A DNA stretch of 31,316 bases, taken from the IMG/VR virus record IMGVR_UViG_3300045540_000047, positions 1-31,316 of that record, one strand, 5' to 3'. This document shows, one piece after another, positions 8,836 through 18,263 of the stretch. The translations under genes were made by a program, and so were the position numbers. The notes under the pieces were generated by a model, which worked only from the letters and a program-made list of their open reading frames with translations, did not search any database and was not told where the DNA came from. How positions within the stretch are numbered: position 1 is the first letter of the stretch; each line of letters opens with the position of its first letter. This stretch comes from a virus (Duplodnaviria > Caudoviricetes).

Positions 8836-9822
8836 ATGAAAGCCAGCAGCAAAGCAGAACAGCAAAGTTCTGCTGATGTGGCCATCAAAGAAAGAGATGA
8901 TGGCTCGGCATTAGCAGCAATTGATGATATTGATGACCCGTTTGAGGGCCATGACGATGACGACAATGATGACAATGATGGCCCTGCGGAGAGCAGTGCA
9001 TCAGAGGATTCAAATGGCGGCGAATCGGAAGAAGACCGAGAGGCTATCCGAGCAGCACGTCGTGAAGAGCGAAAGCTAAAGAAAGAACTCACAAAACAAC
9101 GTGAGGTAAGTTCGAAGCACAAGATTAGCGCCTTAGAGCGCCGCAATGAGGATCTTGCCCGTCGACTTGCACAGGTAGAAAATACCGCATCAAGTTTCCA
9201 GTTTGCCCAGATCGACCGTTTCATTGAAGATGAAGCGACTCGAGTTGAGTACACTAAAATGAAAATGCACCAGGCTGCAGAATCTGGAAATGTAGCGGAA
9301 CAGATTGAGCTTCTTGATCATTATCACGAAGCAAAAAACAAGCTGACCCAAGCGCAACAGTTGAAGCAACAGCAATTGGAAGCGGCACGGAACCCACGCA
9401 ACAACGTTCCGACGCCGGTCACGGAGGCGGTAGCACAAAACGCCACCTCTTGGATGCAGACCAATAGCTGGTACGATCCTGGCGCAAAGGATACAGACAG
9501 TCGTATTGCGAAAGTAATCGACAATGAGTTAGCAGGTGAAGGGTGGGACCCAGCGGATCCTGAATATTGGGACGAGTTGGACAACCGTTTAAAAGAACGC
9601 CTACCTCATCGGTATGCGGGTAAAACGCGTAATCGTCGAACCGGAACTCCTAGCGGTCGTTCAGATGTAAGTGGTAGTTATTCAACAACTACAAACACTT
9701 TCACACTGAGCCGTGAACGAGTACAGGCCTTAAAAGACGCTGGTATGTGGGATGATCCCTCTAAGCGTACGAAGGCAATCCGTAATTATGCAGAATTTGA
9801 CCGCAAAAACCGTAGAGGATAA
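8836..9822 (+). CDS. Putative capsid scaffolding protein
   Basis: Acidic N-terminus, long coiled coil, basic C-terminal helix; between portal and capsid genes. Confidence 0.65.
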   Translation: MKASSKAEQQSSADVAIKERDDGSALAAIDDIDDPFEGHDDDDNDDNDGPAESSASEDSNGGESEEDREAIRAARREERKLKKELTKQREVSSKHKISALERRNEDLARRLAQVENTASSFQFAQIDRFIEDEATRVEYTKMKMHQAAESGNVAEQIELLDHYHEAKNKLTQAQQLKQQQLEAARNPRNNVPTPVTEAVAQNATSWMQTNSWYDPGAKDTDSRIAKVIDNELAGEGWDPADPEYWDELDNRLKERLPHRYAGKTRNRRTGTPSGRSDVSGSYSTTTNTFTLSRERVQALKDAGMWDDPSKRTKAIRNYAEFDRKNRRG

Positions 9823-9825
9823 AAA

Positions 9826-10383
9826 ATGGCAAACAATCGAATCTCCAGAGACCTGGATGATCGCCTTCAAGGGCGAGTAGAAGAAATTAAGGAAAGACAG
9901 GCCCTCGCGGCCTCGTCCCCTGAAGAAGCAGTGCATCGTGAAAGGCTGGAGGCTTTTCGGGACAAATGGGCCAACAATGCGCTGCCGGACGTTTCAGAGG
10001 GCTTAATCCCTGGAATGCACCTCTGCTGGTTATCAACAACTAACCAGTATGATTCAATCGACAAACGTATGGCATTGGGCTATGAGCCAGTGAAAGTCTC
10101 GGCATTAGGAAAAGGCTTTGATCACTTAGGCAAAATGAGTTCTGGCAGGTTTGAAGGTTGTGTTTCATGTAATGAGATGGTCCTTTTTATGATCCCCGAG
10201 GACATTTATCAAGAAGTTGCGAAGATGCTGCACTTTGATGAACCGATGGAACACCAGCGTAATATTACTGCGCAGGTTCGTTCAGCGGCTGATCCAGGTA
10301 AAGGCGGTCGTTCAATCCTTGAGGGTGGGCTTTTGGAGATGGAAAAAGAGACAAAGCGGACCGCACACGGTATGCGGTTCTAA
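9826..10383 (+). CDS. Head-module hypothetical protein (185 aa)
   Basis: RBS GAGGA; contiguous in head operon. Confidence 0.75.
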   Translation: MANNRISRDLDDRLQGRVEEIKERQALAASSPEEAVHRERLEAFRDKWANNALPDVSEGLIPGMHLCWLSTTNQYDSIDKRMALGYEPVKVSALGKGFDHLGKMSSGRFEGCVSCNEMVLFMIPEDIYQEVAKMLHFDEPMEHQRNITAQVRSAADPGKGGRSILEGGLLEMEKETKRTAHGMRF

Positions 10384-10410
10384 ACCAAAAAATCTATAAG
10401 GAACCAAATA

Positions 10411-11004
10411 ATGAGCGCAACTCTTGCTCCTTTTGGCCTGAAACCTGTTTACCATCCAAGTGGTCTGGTACGCTCGTTGAACTACACTGGTGCCTATGAC
10501 ACCAATGCAGTATTCTACAGCGGCACTGCAGTCTCCTTGAATAACTCAGGCACGGCCTCCACACTTAGTGTGGCAACTGATAGCCCAACAGCAAACCAAC
10601 GTTTGGCTGGTGTTTTCGGTGGTGTTGAATATACTGATGCTTCTGGCCGTCGCGCCGTCAGCAAATGGTTTGGCCCAGCACTGGGTACTGCCACTGACGT
10701 CGTAATGTGGCTGTTCATGGATCCAGAAATTGTGTACGAAATTCAGGCAACTGGTTCGGTCGCAAGTTCGGCAGTTGGCCAAGAGTATGACCTCTTGAAC
10801 AATAGCTCGGGTCAAATCATCGGTAACGGTGGTCTGGGTACCTCTACAGCTTCGTTGGATCCTACCAACGTCGCCGCAGGCACACAAGCGCAATTGCAAG
10901 TCGTTGGTCTTGGTCGTGAGATCACCAACGCATGGGGTGACGCGAACACTATTGTTCAAGTCAAGATCGCTAACGACCGGTTCGTCGCCGCAAACGTAGA
11001 ATAA
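10411..11004 (+). CDS. Putative capsid decoration/auxiliary protein
   Basis: Gly/Ala/Thr/Val-rich beta-type sequence starting APFGLKPV, immediately upstream of capsid gene; RBS AAGGA. Confidence 0.6.
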   Translation: MSATLAPFGLKPVYHPSGLVRSLNYTGAYDTNAVFYSGTAVSLNNSGTASTLSVATDSPTANQRLAGVFGGVEYTDASGRRAVSKWFGPALGTATDVVMWLFMDPEIVYEIQATGSVASSAVGQEYDLLNNSSGQIIGNGGLGTSTASLDPTNVAAGTQAQLQVVGLGREITNAWGDANTIVQVKIANDRFVAANVE

Positions 11005-11022
11005 TAAAGAAAGGAAGTAGCT

Positions 11023-11940
11023 ATGGCAACACCAATGCGTAGTACAGACTTTCGTGCGGTAGTTGAACCTATCCTAAACGAAGTCTTTGATGGCGTGTAT
11101 CAACAACGTGATGATGAGTGGAAGGGTTTCGTAGACCAAATCACTGGTATCCCACGTAACTACCATGAAGAGGTTATGCTCTTCGGTATGAACACGGCAC
11201 CTGAGATGCCTGACGGCACCCCAGTATCGTATGACCAAGGTGGTACGCTGTTCATCACCCGATTCATCTACAAGATCTATGGCCTCGCATACGCGATGAC
11301 CAAGGTCCTGATGGAAGACGGCGATCACATCCGTATCGGCTCCACGTTCTCCAAGCACCTCGCTCAGTCGATGATCGAGACCAAAGAGACCCTGTGCGCC
11401 AACTTGCTGAACTTTGCATTTACCCCTGGCTATGTCGGCGGTGATGGCGTGACTCTGATCGCCAGCAACCACCCGATCTCGCAAGGTCGTACGTTCAGTA
11501 ACCAGCTTTCGACGGCTGCAGCTATGTCTCAAACTTCGGTTGAGCAGATGCTGATTCAGATTCGTTCCGCAGTTGACAACAACGGCAAACGTATCCGTCT
11601 GAAGGCTGAACACCTCCTGGTACCTCCTGCCCTGGAATTCCAGGCTGAAGTTATCCTGAAGTCGGTCCTCCGTTCTGGCGGCGCTGACAATGATCTGAAC
11701 CCAATCAAATCGACTGGTATGTTGCCGAAGGGTGCCCATGTGGTGACTCGTTTGACTTCCAGCAAGGCTTGGTGGATTCAGACTAACGCAGAGAACGGCC
11801 TCATGCTTGTCATGCGTCGTCCTCTGGAGCGTTCAAGCGAAGGTGACTTCGAGACCGACTCCATGCGCTATAAGGCTTCCGAGCGTTATGCGACTGGCTG
11901 GCACGATCCCCGTAACGTATACGGTACAATCGGCCTGTAA
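11023..11940 (+). CDS. Major capsid protein (HK97-like)
   Basis: 305 aa; GGDGVTLIASNHP, LLVPPALEFQAEVILKS, EGDFETDSMRYKASERYATGWHDPR pattern; RBS GAAAGGAAG; followed by terminator. Confidence 0.88.
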   Translation: MATPMRSTDFRAVVEPILNEVFDGVYQQRDDEWKGFVDQITGIPRNYHEEVMLFGMNTAPEMPDGTPVSYDQGGTLFITRFIYKIYGLAYAMTKVLMEDGDHIRIGSTFSKHLAQSMIETKETLCANLLNFAFTPGYVGGDGVTLIASNHPISQGRTFSNQLSTAAAMSQTSVEQMLIQIRSAVDNNGKRIRLKAEHLLVPPALEFQAEVILKSVLRSGGADNDLNPIKSTGMLPKGAHVVTRLTSSKAWWIQTNAENGLMLVMRRPLERSSEGDFETDSMRYKASERYATGWHDPRNVYGTIGL

Positions 11941-11961
11941 AACTAGCAATAGTTTTAGTTT

Positions 11962-11994
11962 AAGTGCCCCGCTCACAAGGCGGGGCATTTTTTT
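11962..11994 (+). terminator. Rho-independent terminator after capsid gene
   Basis: Stem TGCCCCGC(11965-11972)/GCGGGGCA(11980-11987), 7-nt loop, T7 tail (11988-11994). Confidence 0.88.
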
Positions 11995-12020
11995 ATCCAG
12001 AAATGGGTAATTATAGTTAG
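11983..12020 (+). promoter_or_regulatory. Putative phage late promoter, copy 4 of 6 (overlaps terminator)
   Basis: GGGCA(11983)-17 nt-GGGTAATT(12005)-5 nt-TAG(12018). Confidence 0.7.
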
Positions 12021-12024
12021 AGCT

Positions 12025-12085
12025 ATTATGCGACGCGGATCACCGAAAGGCTCACGGTGTACTTCCAGGAGACGGCGTCGTTAAT
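12025..12085 (+). ncRNA. Candidate structured 5' leader RNA
   Basis: ATTA-T-GCGACGC(12025-12036) pairs with GCGTCGT-TAAT(12075-12085), enclosing hairpin CACCG(12041-12045)/CGGTG(12055-12059). Confidence 0.35.
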
Positions 12086-12104
12086 CTTCCCTAGGAGAAG
12101 TATT

Positions 12105-12551
12105 ATGTCAAGTACATTTAATGGTCCAATTCGGATCTTCAAACGCAACAACCCAACCAACGACGGCACCATCGCACTGGACAACACCGGCGCGTCCGTT
12201 GTTTCCCAGCAAAAAGCTATTGTCGGCGCGGTCGCAACCGTTGCCCGCATTCCAGCCGGCGCAATCATTCACGACATTGTTGGCTATTTTTCAACAGGTG
12301 CCACGGTTCCTGCTACGATTAACGTCACTCTGGGTGGCACCGTAGTCGCAACGCTGAACGATGCCGCGGGTATTACTACGGCCACGTTAACGACGGCACA
12401 AGCCGCGCTATTGTCCAACATTGGCGTTAATGACCTGTCTTTGTCGTATACCGCAGGCGCTGGCGCTGTTGGCCAACTGTCGGTTATGTACACCGCGCGT
12501 AACGTTGATGGTTCCATCACGCCAGTGGGCGAAGGCTACACTAACAACTAA
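12105..12551 (+). CDS. Putative virion structural protein (148 aa)
   Basis: Start moved from 12057 to ATG 12105, which has RBS AGGAG; Thr/Ala/Val-rich. Confidence 0.7.
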   Translation: MSSTFNGPIRIFKRNNPTNDGTIALDNTGASVVSQQKAIVGAVATVARIPAGAIIHDIVGYFSTGATVPATINVTLGGTVVATLNDAAGITTATLTTAQAALLSNIGVNDLSLSYTAGAGAVGQLSVMYTARNVDGSITPVGEGYTNN

Positions 12552-12560
12552 GGGGTCGAT

Positions 12561-12833
12561 ATGCGTCAAGTTACTGTAGCTGGGGCCACACCGGTCCCCA
12601 TTGACCAGTACCTGACGCCTATCAACGTAGCTTACGTTGCATCAGGCGGCACGGTACAGGTATCATATACGGACCCATTTCCGTTGGACGCGCAAGGTTA
12701 TCCTGACCCTGCTGGCCCAACGTTTGTCTGGGTTGCAGCACCCGCAAGCCCCATTGTTGATACCCCTATTCGGGCCATTCAAACAACGGGATCTGGCAAC
12801 ACTCTGACGGTAATTCAGGCCGGAGTGCGATAA
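12561..12833 (+). CDS. Hypothetical protein (90 aa), probably structural
   Basis: RBS AAGGGG; TAATG coupling to next gene. Confidence 0.7.
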   Translation: MRQVTVAGATPVPIDQYLTPINVAYVASGGTVQVSYTDPFPLDAQGYPDPAGPTFVWVAAPASPIVDTPIRAIQTTGSGNTLTVIQAGVR

Positions 12834-13231
12834 TGGGGAACGCCTATTTTGGCGGCCTCTATTGCGATACGCGCGGACAGGCAGTCCTGTCCGTCGCGAT
12901 TTGCGACAGGTGTAGCAGAAAAATGCCATACACCATGTTGCGGCCTGACCCTAATTCGCCCGGACTCATGGTGTGTCCGGATGACTACGATCAGTATGAT
13001 CCGTGGCGTCTAGCCGCGCGTCAAACAGAAACAATCACACTTCGACATCCACGACCGGATGTCTCCGTTGCCATTCCTGGCAGAGGTAGACCAATCCCCA
13101 ACGCGCCCAATGTGGCGTCGATCAACGAAGGTCCGAACATGGTCGGTACCGGCGCGGGTGATCCTTTTACGCCTGCAGAGTACGGCAACGAATCTACGAC
13201 ACCTACACCAGGCGACATTAAGAAGACCTGA
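12833..13231 (+). CDS. Hypothetical protein with CxxC motif (132 aa)
   Basis: AICDRCSRK...[10 protein letters not shown]...RHPRPD; coupled start. Confidence 0.7.
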   Translation: MGNAYFGGLYCDTRGQAVLSVAICDRCSRKMPYTMLRPDPNSPGLMVCPDDYDQYDPWRLAARQTETITLRHPRPDVSVAIPGRGRPIPNAPNVASINEGPNMVGTGAGDPFTPAEYGNESTTPTPGDIKKT

Positions 13232-13233
13232 CA

Positions 13234-14807
<1,574 letters not shown>

Positions 14808-14808
<1 letters not shown>

Positions 14809-15863
14809 TGAAGATTGCAGTATATGCAATTAGTAAAAATGAAGAAAAGTTTGTAAAAAGGTTTTGTGATTCGGCTAAAGACGCGGATTTAATTCTGATT
14901 GCAGACACTGGATCGACAGACAAGACGGTAGAAATTGCCAAAAAGTGTGGGGCAACAACACACACGATACACATTAACCCGTGGAGGTTTGATGTCGCGC
15001 GTGAGGTGTCGTTGTCGTTGGTGCCCGCAGACGTTGACGTCTGCGTCTGTGTCGACATAGACGAGGTGTTGGAGCCGGGCTGGCGAGAAGAGATTGAGCG
15101 CGTCTGGCAGCCTGATACGACGCGCATGAGGTACAAGTTTGACTGGAGCAACGGGATCGTATTCCACAGCGACAAGATACACTCCCGCAAGGGGTACCGC
15201 TGGAAGCACCCCTGCCATGAGATTCTGGTGCCCAACACGGGAACAAAAGAGAACTACGTATGGACGGACAAGTTATTGGTGTCCCATTACCCTGACAGCA
15301 CAAAGTCAAGGGGGCACTACATGGAGCTACTTGAGATGTCAATCAAGGAAGACCCAGACTGCCCAAGGAACGCGCTGTACTACGCGCGAGAGCTATCGTT
15401 CTACAGCCGCTATGATGAGGCAATTGTAGGACTAAAACGCTACCTTGCGCTGCCTCGAGCGGACTGGGTAAACGAGCGTTCGTACGCGATGAAGATTATT
15501 AGCAAGTGCTACGCGGCACTTAAAAATGAGCCGGAGTCTATCAAGTGGGCGAGGCTAAGTGTCGCGGAAGACCCTGGTGTTCGTGATGGTTGGATGGAGT
15601 TGGCTGACGCAGCCTACCGGTCCAACGTGTGGCCGGAGTGCTATTCGGCCGCGTTGTCCGCGTTAAATATTAAGCAACGTGCAAATGTGTACACGGAAGA
15701 CCCCGCAAACTGGACGGAGAAGCCGTACGACCTGGCCTCAATCAGTGCATGGAATTTGGGGCTAAAAGAGCAAGCCATTGAGTATTGTAAGCAGGCGATT
15801 GAGATCAATAAGGAAGATCCGCGTCTAGTTAAAAACCTGGAATGTATGCTGAAGGAAGTATAG
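14808..15863 (+). CDS. Family 2 glycosyltransferase with C-terminal TPR-like repeats
   Basis: MKIAVYAISKNEE, IADTGSTDKT, DxD motif VDIDE, WKHPCHE, then helical repeats (RNALYYAREL, AIEYCKQAIEIN). Confidence 0.88.
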
Positions 15864-15865
15864 AA

Positions 15866-16108
15866 ATGGATTCACAATACGTATTTAACATCATTATGTC
15901 ACTTGCGGGAGTTATGGGCGGGTGGGTTTTAAAAACTATCTGGGACTCCATTCGTGATTTGAAGGATGAAATACGTGCGTTGTCTTTTGAGGTACATCAG
16001 GATTTTGCTCGTCGTGATGACTTTAAAGAGGCCATTAAAGAAGTTAAGGACATGCTAGTCCGAATCTTTGACAAGTTGGATGATAAGGCGGATAAGTCAA
16101 ATCCGTAG
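15866..16108 (+). CDS. Small single-TM membrane protein, holin/hemolysin-like
   Basis: ATG 15866 with AAGGAAG RBS preferred over 15842; TM VFNIIMSLAGVMGGWVL then coiled coil; directly upstream of a lysozyme. Confidence 0.55.
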   Translation: MDSQYVFNIIMSLAGVMGGWVLKTIWDSIRDLKDEIRALSFEVHQDFARRDDFKEAIKEVKDMLVRIFDKLDDKADKSNP

Positions 16109-16667
16109 GCTAATAGCCGCGTTCTTCTTGGTTTGTTGTTGGGGTGTAGTTGCTGACATACCCCCTACACATTCCCTCGAAGGAATAAAAATTGGAGGAC
16201 AGGCCCTTGAACTGATTCGTAAGTTTGAAGGGTTTTCATCCACGTCATACCCAGACATGATAACGGGCGGGGCCCCATGGGCATATGGGTACGGGTTTAC
16301 AACAAAGGCGGACGGAAAGCCAGTTGGTCCCGGGGACAGAATTAGTAGGAAACAAGCGGATACAAGGCTTGTTAGAGAGGCTGAAAAGTATTGTGGCGGC
16401 GCGTTAAAGGGCATCCCGGCAGAATACTTGACACAGAACAGGATAGACGCCGCTGCAAGCCTGTGTTGGAACATTGGCGTACCCAACCTGCTCCGGAGTG
16501 TGTTCTTTAAAAGATGGGCCAAGGGTGACGTTGACGGCGCGGCAAAGGCGATGACCCACTGGGTGGCAAGGGGCACAAACGCGGAACGAGTTTTAAGAGC
16601 AAGACGGCAGGTAGAGATCGCTCTTTTCAGGGCGAAAGATCCCATTTTGATGGGTAATTTAGAGTAG
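16080..16667 (+). CDS. GH24 phage lysozyme 1 with N-terminal signal/anchor
   Basis: IRKFEGFSSTSYPD...WAYGYG, LTQNRIDAAASLCWNIG, RARRQVEIALF; basic + hydrophobic N-term RRLIAAFFLVCCWGVVA; start uncertain (16068 TTG or 16080 ATG). Confidence 0.8.
   Translation: MIRRISQIRRLIAAFFLVCCWGVVADIPPTHSLEGIKIGGQALELIRKFEGFSSTSYPDMITGGAPWAYGYGFTTKADGKPVGPGDRISRKQADTRLVREAEKYCGGALKGIPAEYLTQNRIDAAASLCWNIGVPNLLRSVFFKRWAKGDVDGAAKAMTHWVARGTNAERVLRARRQVEIALFRAKDPILMGNLE
16630..16667 (+). promoter_or_regulatory. Putative phage late promoter, copy 5 of 6 (inside lysozyme 3' end)
   Basis: GGGCG(16630)-17 nt-GGGTAATT(16652)-5 nt-TAG(16665, also the stop codon). Confidence 0.72.
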
Positions 16668-16682
16668 AAGAGGAGCACTAAA

Positions 16683-17042
16683 ATGTCAAAGTACACACCC
16701 CGTATTGATCACTCAAAAAAGGACTACGAGTCCGAGTCTGAGGATATTGCACAAGACAAAAAGGTAGCCAAAAAGGCTATCTCAATGCACGACAAGCAAC
16801 AGCATGAAGGCGAGAAGACAGACCTCTCCAAGCTAAAGCACGGCGGCCGCGCCAAGAAGGAAGTCGGCACCGTTCGCAAGTTTAAGGCTGGCGGCGCTGT
16901 GGACAACATCAACGGCAAGGGCGGCAAGTCTCCCGGCGGTAAAATGGGTGGTTTGAGTGCGGTACCTGCAGATAAGGGTGCACCACACACGGCCGGCGTC
17001 AAGAAGGTTGTTGAGAAATTTAACCGCGGCGGTAAGTGCTAA
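16683..17042 (+). CDS. Small Lys/Gly-rich protein with three [FL]xxGG motifs
   Basis: RBS GAGGAG; LKHGG, FKAGG, FNRGG. Confidence 0.75.
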   Translation: MSKYTPRIDHSKKDYESESEDIAQDKKVAKKAISMHDKQQHEGEKTDLSKLKHGGRAKKEVGTVRKFKAGGAVDNINGKGGKSPGGKMGGLSAVPADKGAPHTAGVKKVVEKFNRGGKC

Positions 17043-17043
17043 C

Positions 17044-17205
17044 ATGCCCATTGAGTCAAAAGCCCAACAGCGTTTGATGCAGGGTGTGGCGCACAGCCCG
17101 GAGTTTGCCAAGAAGGTGGGCATTAAGCAGTCCGTCGGCAAGGAGTTTGTCAAGTCGGGTCCTGCAAAAAAGAAACTCCCTGAGAGAGCAGCGAAGAAGA
17201 AATAA
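17044..17205 (+). CDS. Small basic protein (53 aa)
   Basis: ATG 17044 directly after previous stop: MPIESKAQQRLMQGVAHSPEFAKKVGI...; TAATG coupling downstream. Confidence 0.7.
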   Translation: MPIESKAQQRLMQGVAHSPEFAKKVGIKQSVGKEFVKSGPAKKKLPERAAKKK

Positions 17206-18248
17206 TGGCCAGCGACTACAGCAATACCTCAAACACGACAGCCAACACCACCGTCTCGGTGGATGACATGATTCGTTTCGCTTACAAGGAAGCGGGTAAG
17301 CTGTCTGAAGAGATTACACCAGAATACGTCAAAGACGCGCGTCTGGCGCTGTGGTACATCCTTATTAACCTGTCAAACCGCGGCGTCAACCTTTGGCTAC
17401 TTGAGTATCTGATGATTGGCTCCGCGGCACAGCTTCGTGAATACATCATGCCACGCGGAACAGTGGACGTTCGTGTCGCCAACTACCGGCTGCTGACACG
17501 TCCAAGCGCAACGACAGACAACGTGTTTGGCGCGTTTAACACGACCTCGATTGACTTGAGCTACCCGATTGCTGCAGGTGATTCTGCGCACGCGTATTAC
17601 GAGGAAGGTTTTAGATTCTTGAGCGCGGGCTTTAACTCATCCGAGCGCAACATCACGTTGCAGATTGAGTACAGCTTTGACGACATCACCTGGGAGACCC
17701 TGGGTTCTGTCACTAACAGCGACGTCAATAGCTGGGGCTACCAGCAGATTGATGGGTCACCAATGGCCAAGTATTGGCGTTTCCGTAACGCGTCTGCGTC
17801 GACTGTAACCGTTCGTGCGTTGTCGTTGGCCTCGGTGCAACAGGACATCCCCCTGGCGCGACTGAATCGTTCGGACTACTTTAACTTACCGAACAAAGAT
17901 TTCTTGAGCAACCGCTCGTTGCAGTATTGGTTTGATCGCCAGGTAACGCCAATCGTAAACCTCTGGCCGGTGCCACAGGATTACTTCCAGGCGTTCCAGT
18001 TCATTGTGGAGATGCAGCCACAGGACGTGGGCAAGCTGACGAACGAGATCGCTGTACCGGACCGTTGGATGCCTGCGATGCAGAAACAACTCTCTGCCGC
18101 GGTGGCAAAAATACTACCGGGCATTGATGAAGCAAGAATCGGGCGGCTGACGTTAGAAGCAAAAGAATTAACAGTAACAGCAGAAGATGAAGATCGCGAT
18201 AGATCACCGATCTATTTCGCGCCAAATATTTCGTACTACACAAAATAA
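17205..18248 (+). CDS. Putative head-tail adaptor / tail tubular protein
   Basis: N-term helical LSNRGVNLW and C-term YFNLPNK...QYWFDRQ..P.VNLWPVP pattern recalled from podovirus adaptors; synteny. Confidence 0.6.
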   Translation: MASDYSNTSNTTANTTVSVDDMIRFAYKEAGKLSEEITPEYVKDARLALWYILINLSNRGVNLWLLEYLMIGSAAQLREYIMPRGTVDVRVANYRLLTRPSATTDNVFGAFNTTSIDLSYPIAAGDSAHAYYEEGFRFLSAGFNSSERNITLQIEYSFDDITWETLGSVTNSDVNSWGYQQIDGSPMAKYWRFRNASASTVTVRALSLASVQQDIPLARLNRSDYFNLPNKDFLSNRSLQYWFDRQVTPIVNLWPVPQDYFQAFQFIVEMQPQDVGKLTNEIAVPDRWMPAMQKQLSAAVAKILPGIDEARIGRLTLEAKELTVTAEDEDRDRSPIYFAPNISYYTK

Positions 18249-18263
18249 TAGGAGCCAACGCAC

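Noticed and set aside
8634-9254. 206-aa Ser-rich minus-strand ORF
   Set aside because: Mirror of the acidic scaffold codons
11074-11739. 221-aa minus-strand ORF
   Set aside because: Shadow of the codon-biased capsid gene
12057-12104. Longer GTG start for the post-capsid gene
   Set aside because: ATG 12105 has a well-spaced AGGAG; the extension overlaps the predicted RNA stem
16097-16696. 199-aa ORF antisense to lysozyme 1
   Set aside because: The + strand has clear GH24 motifs; no support for the antisense frame
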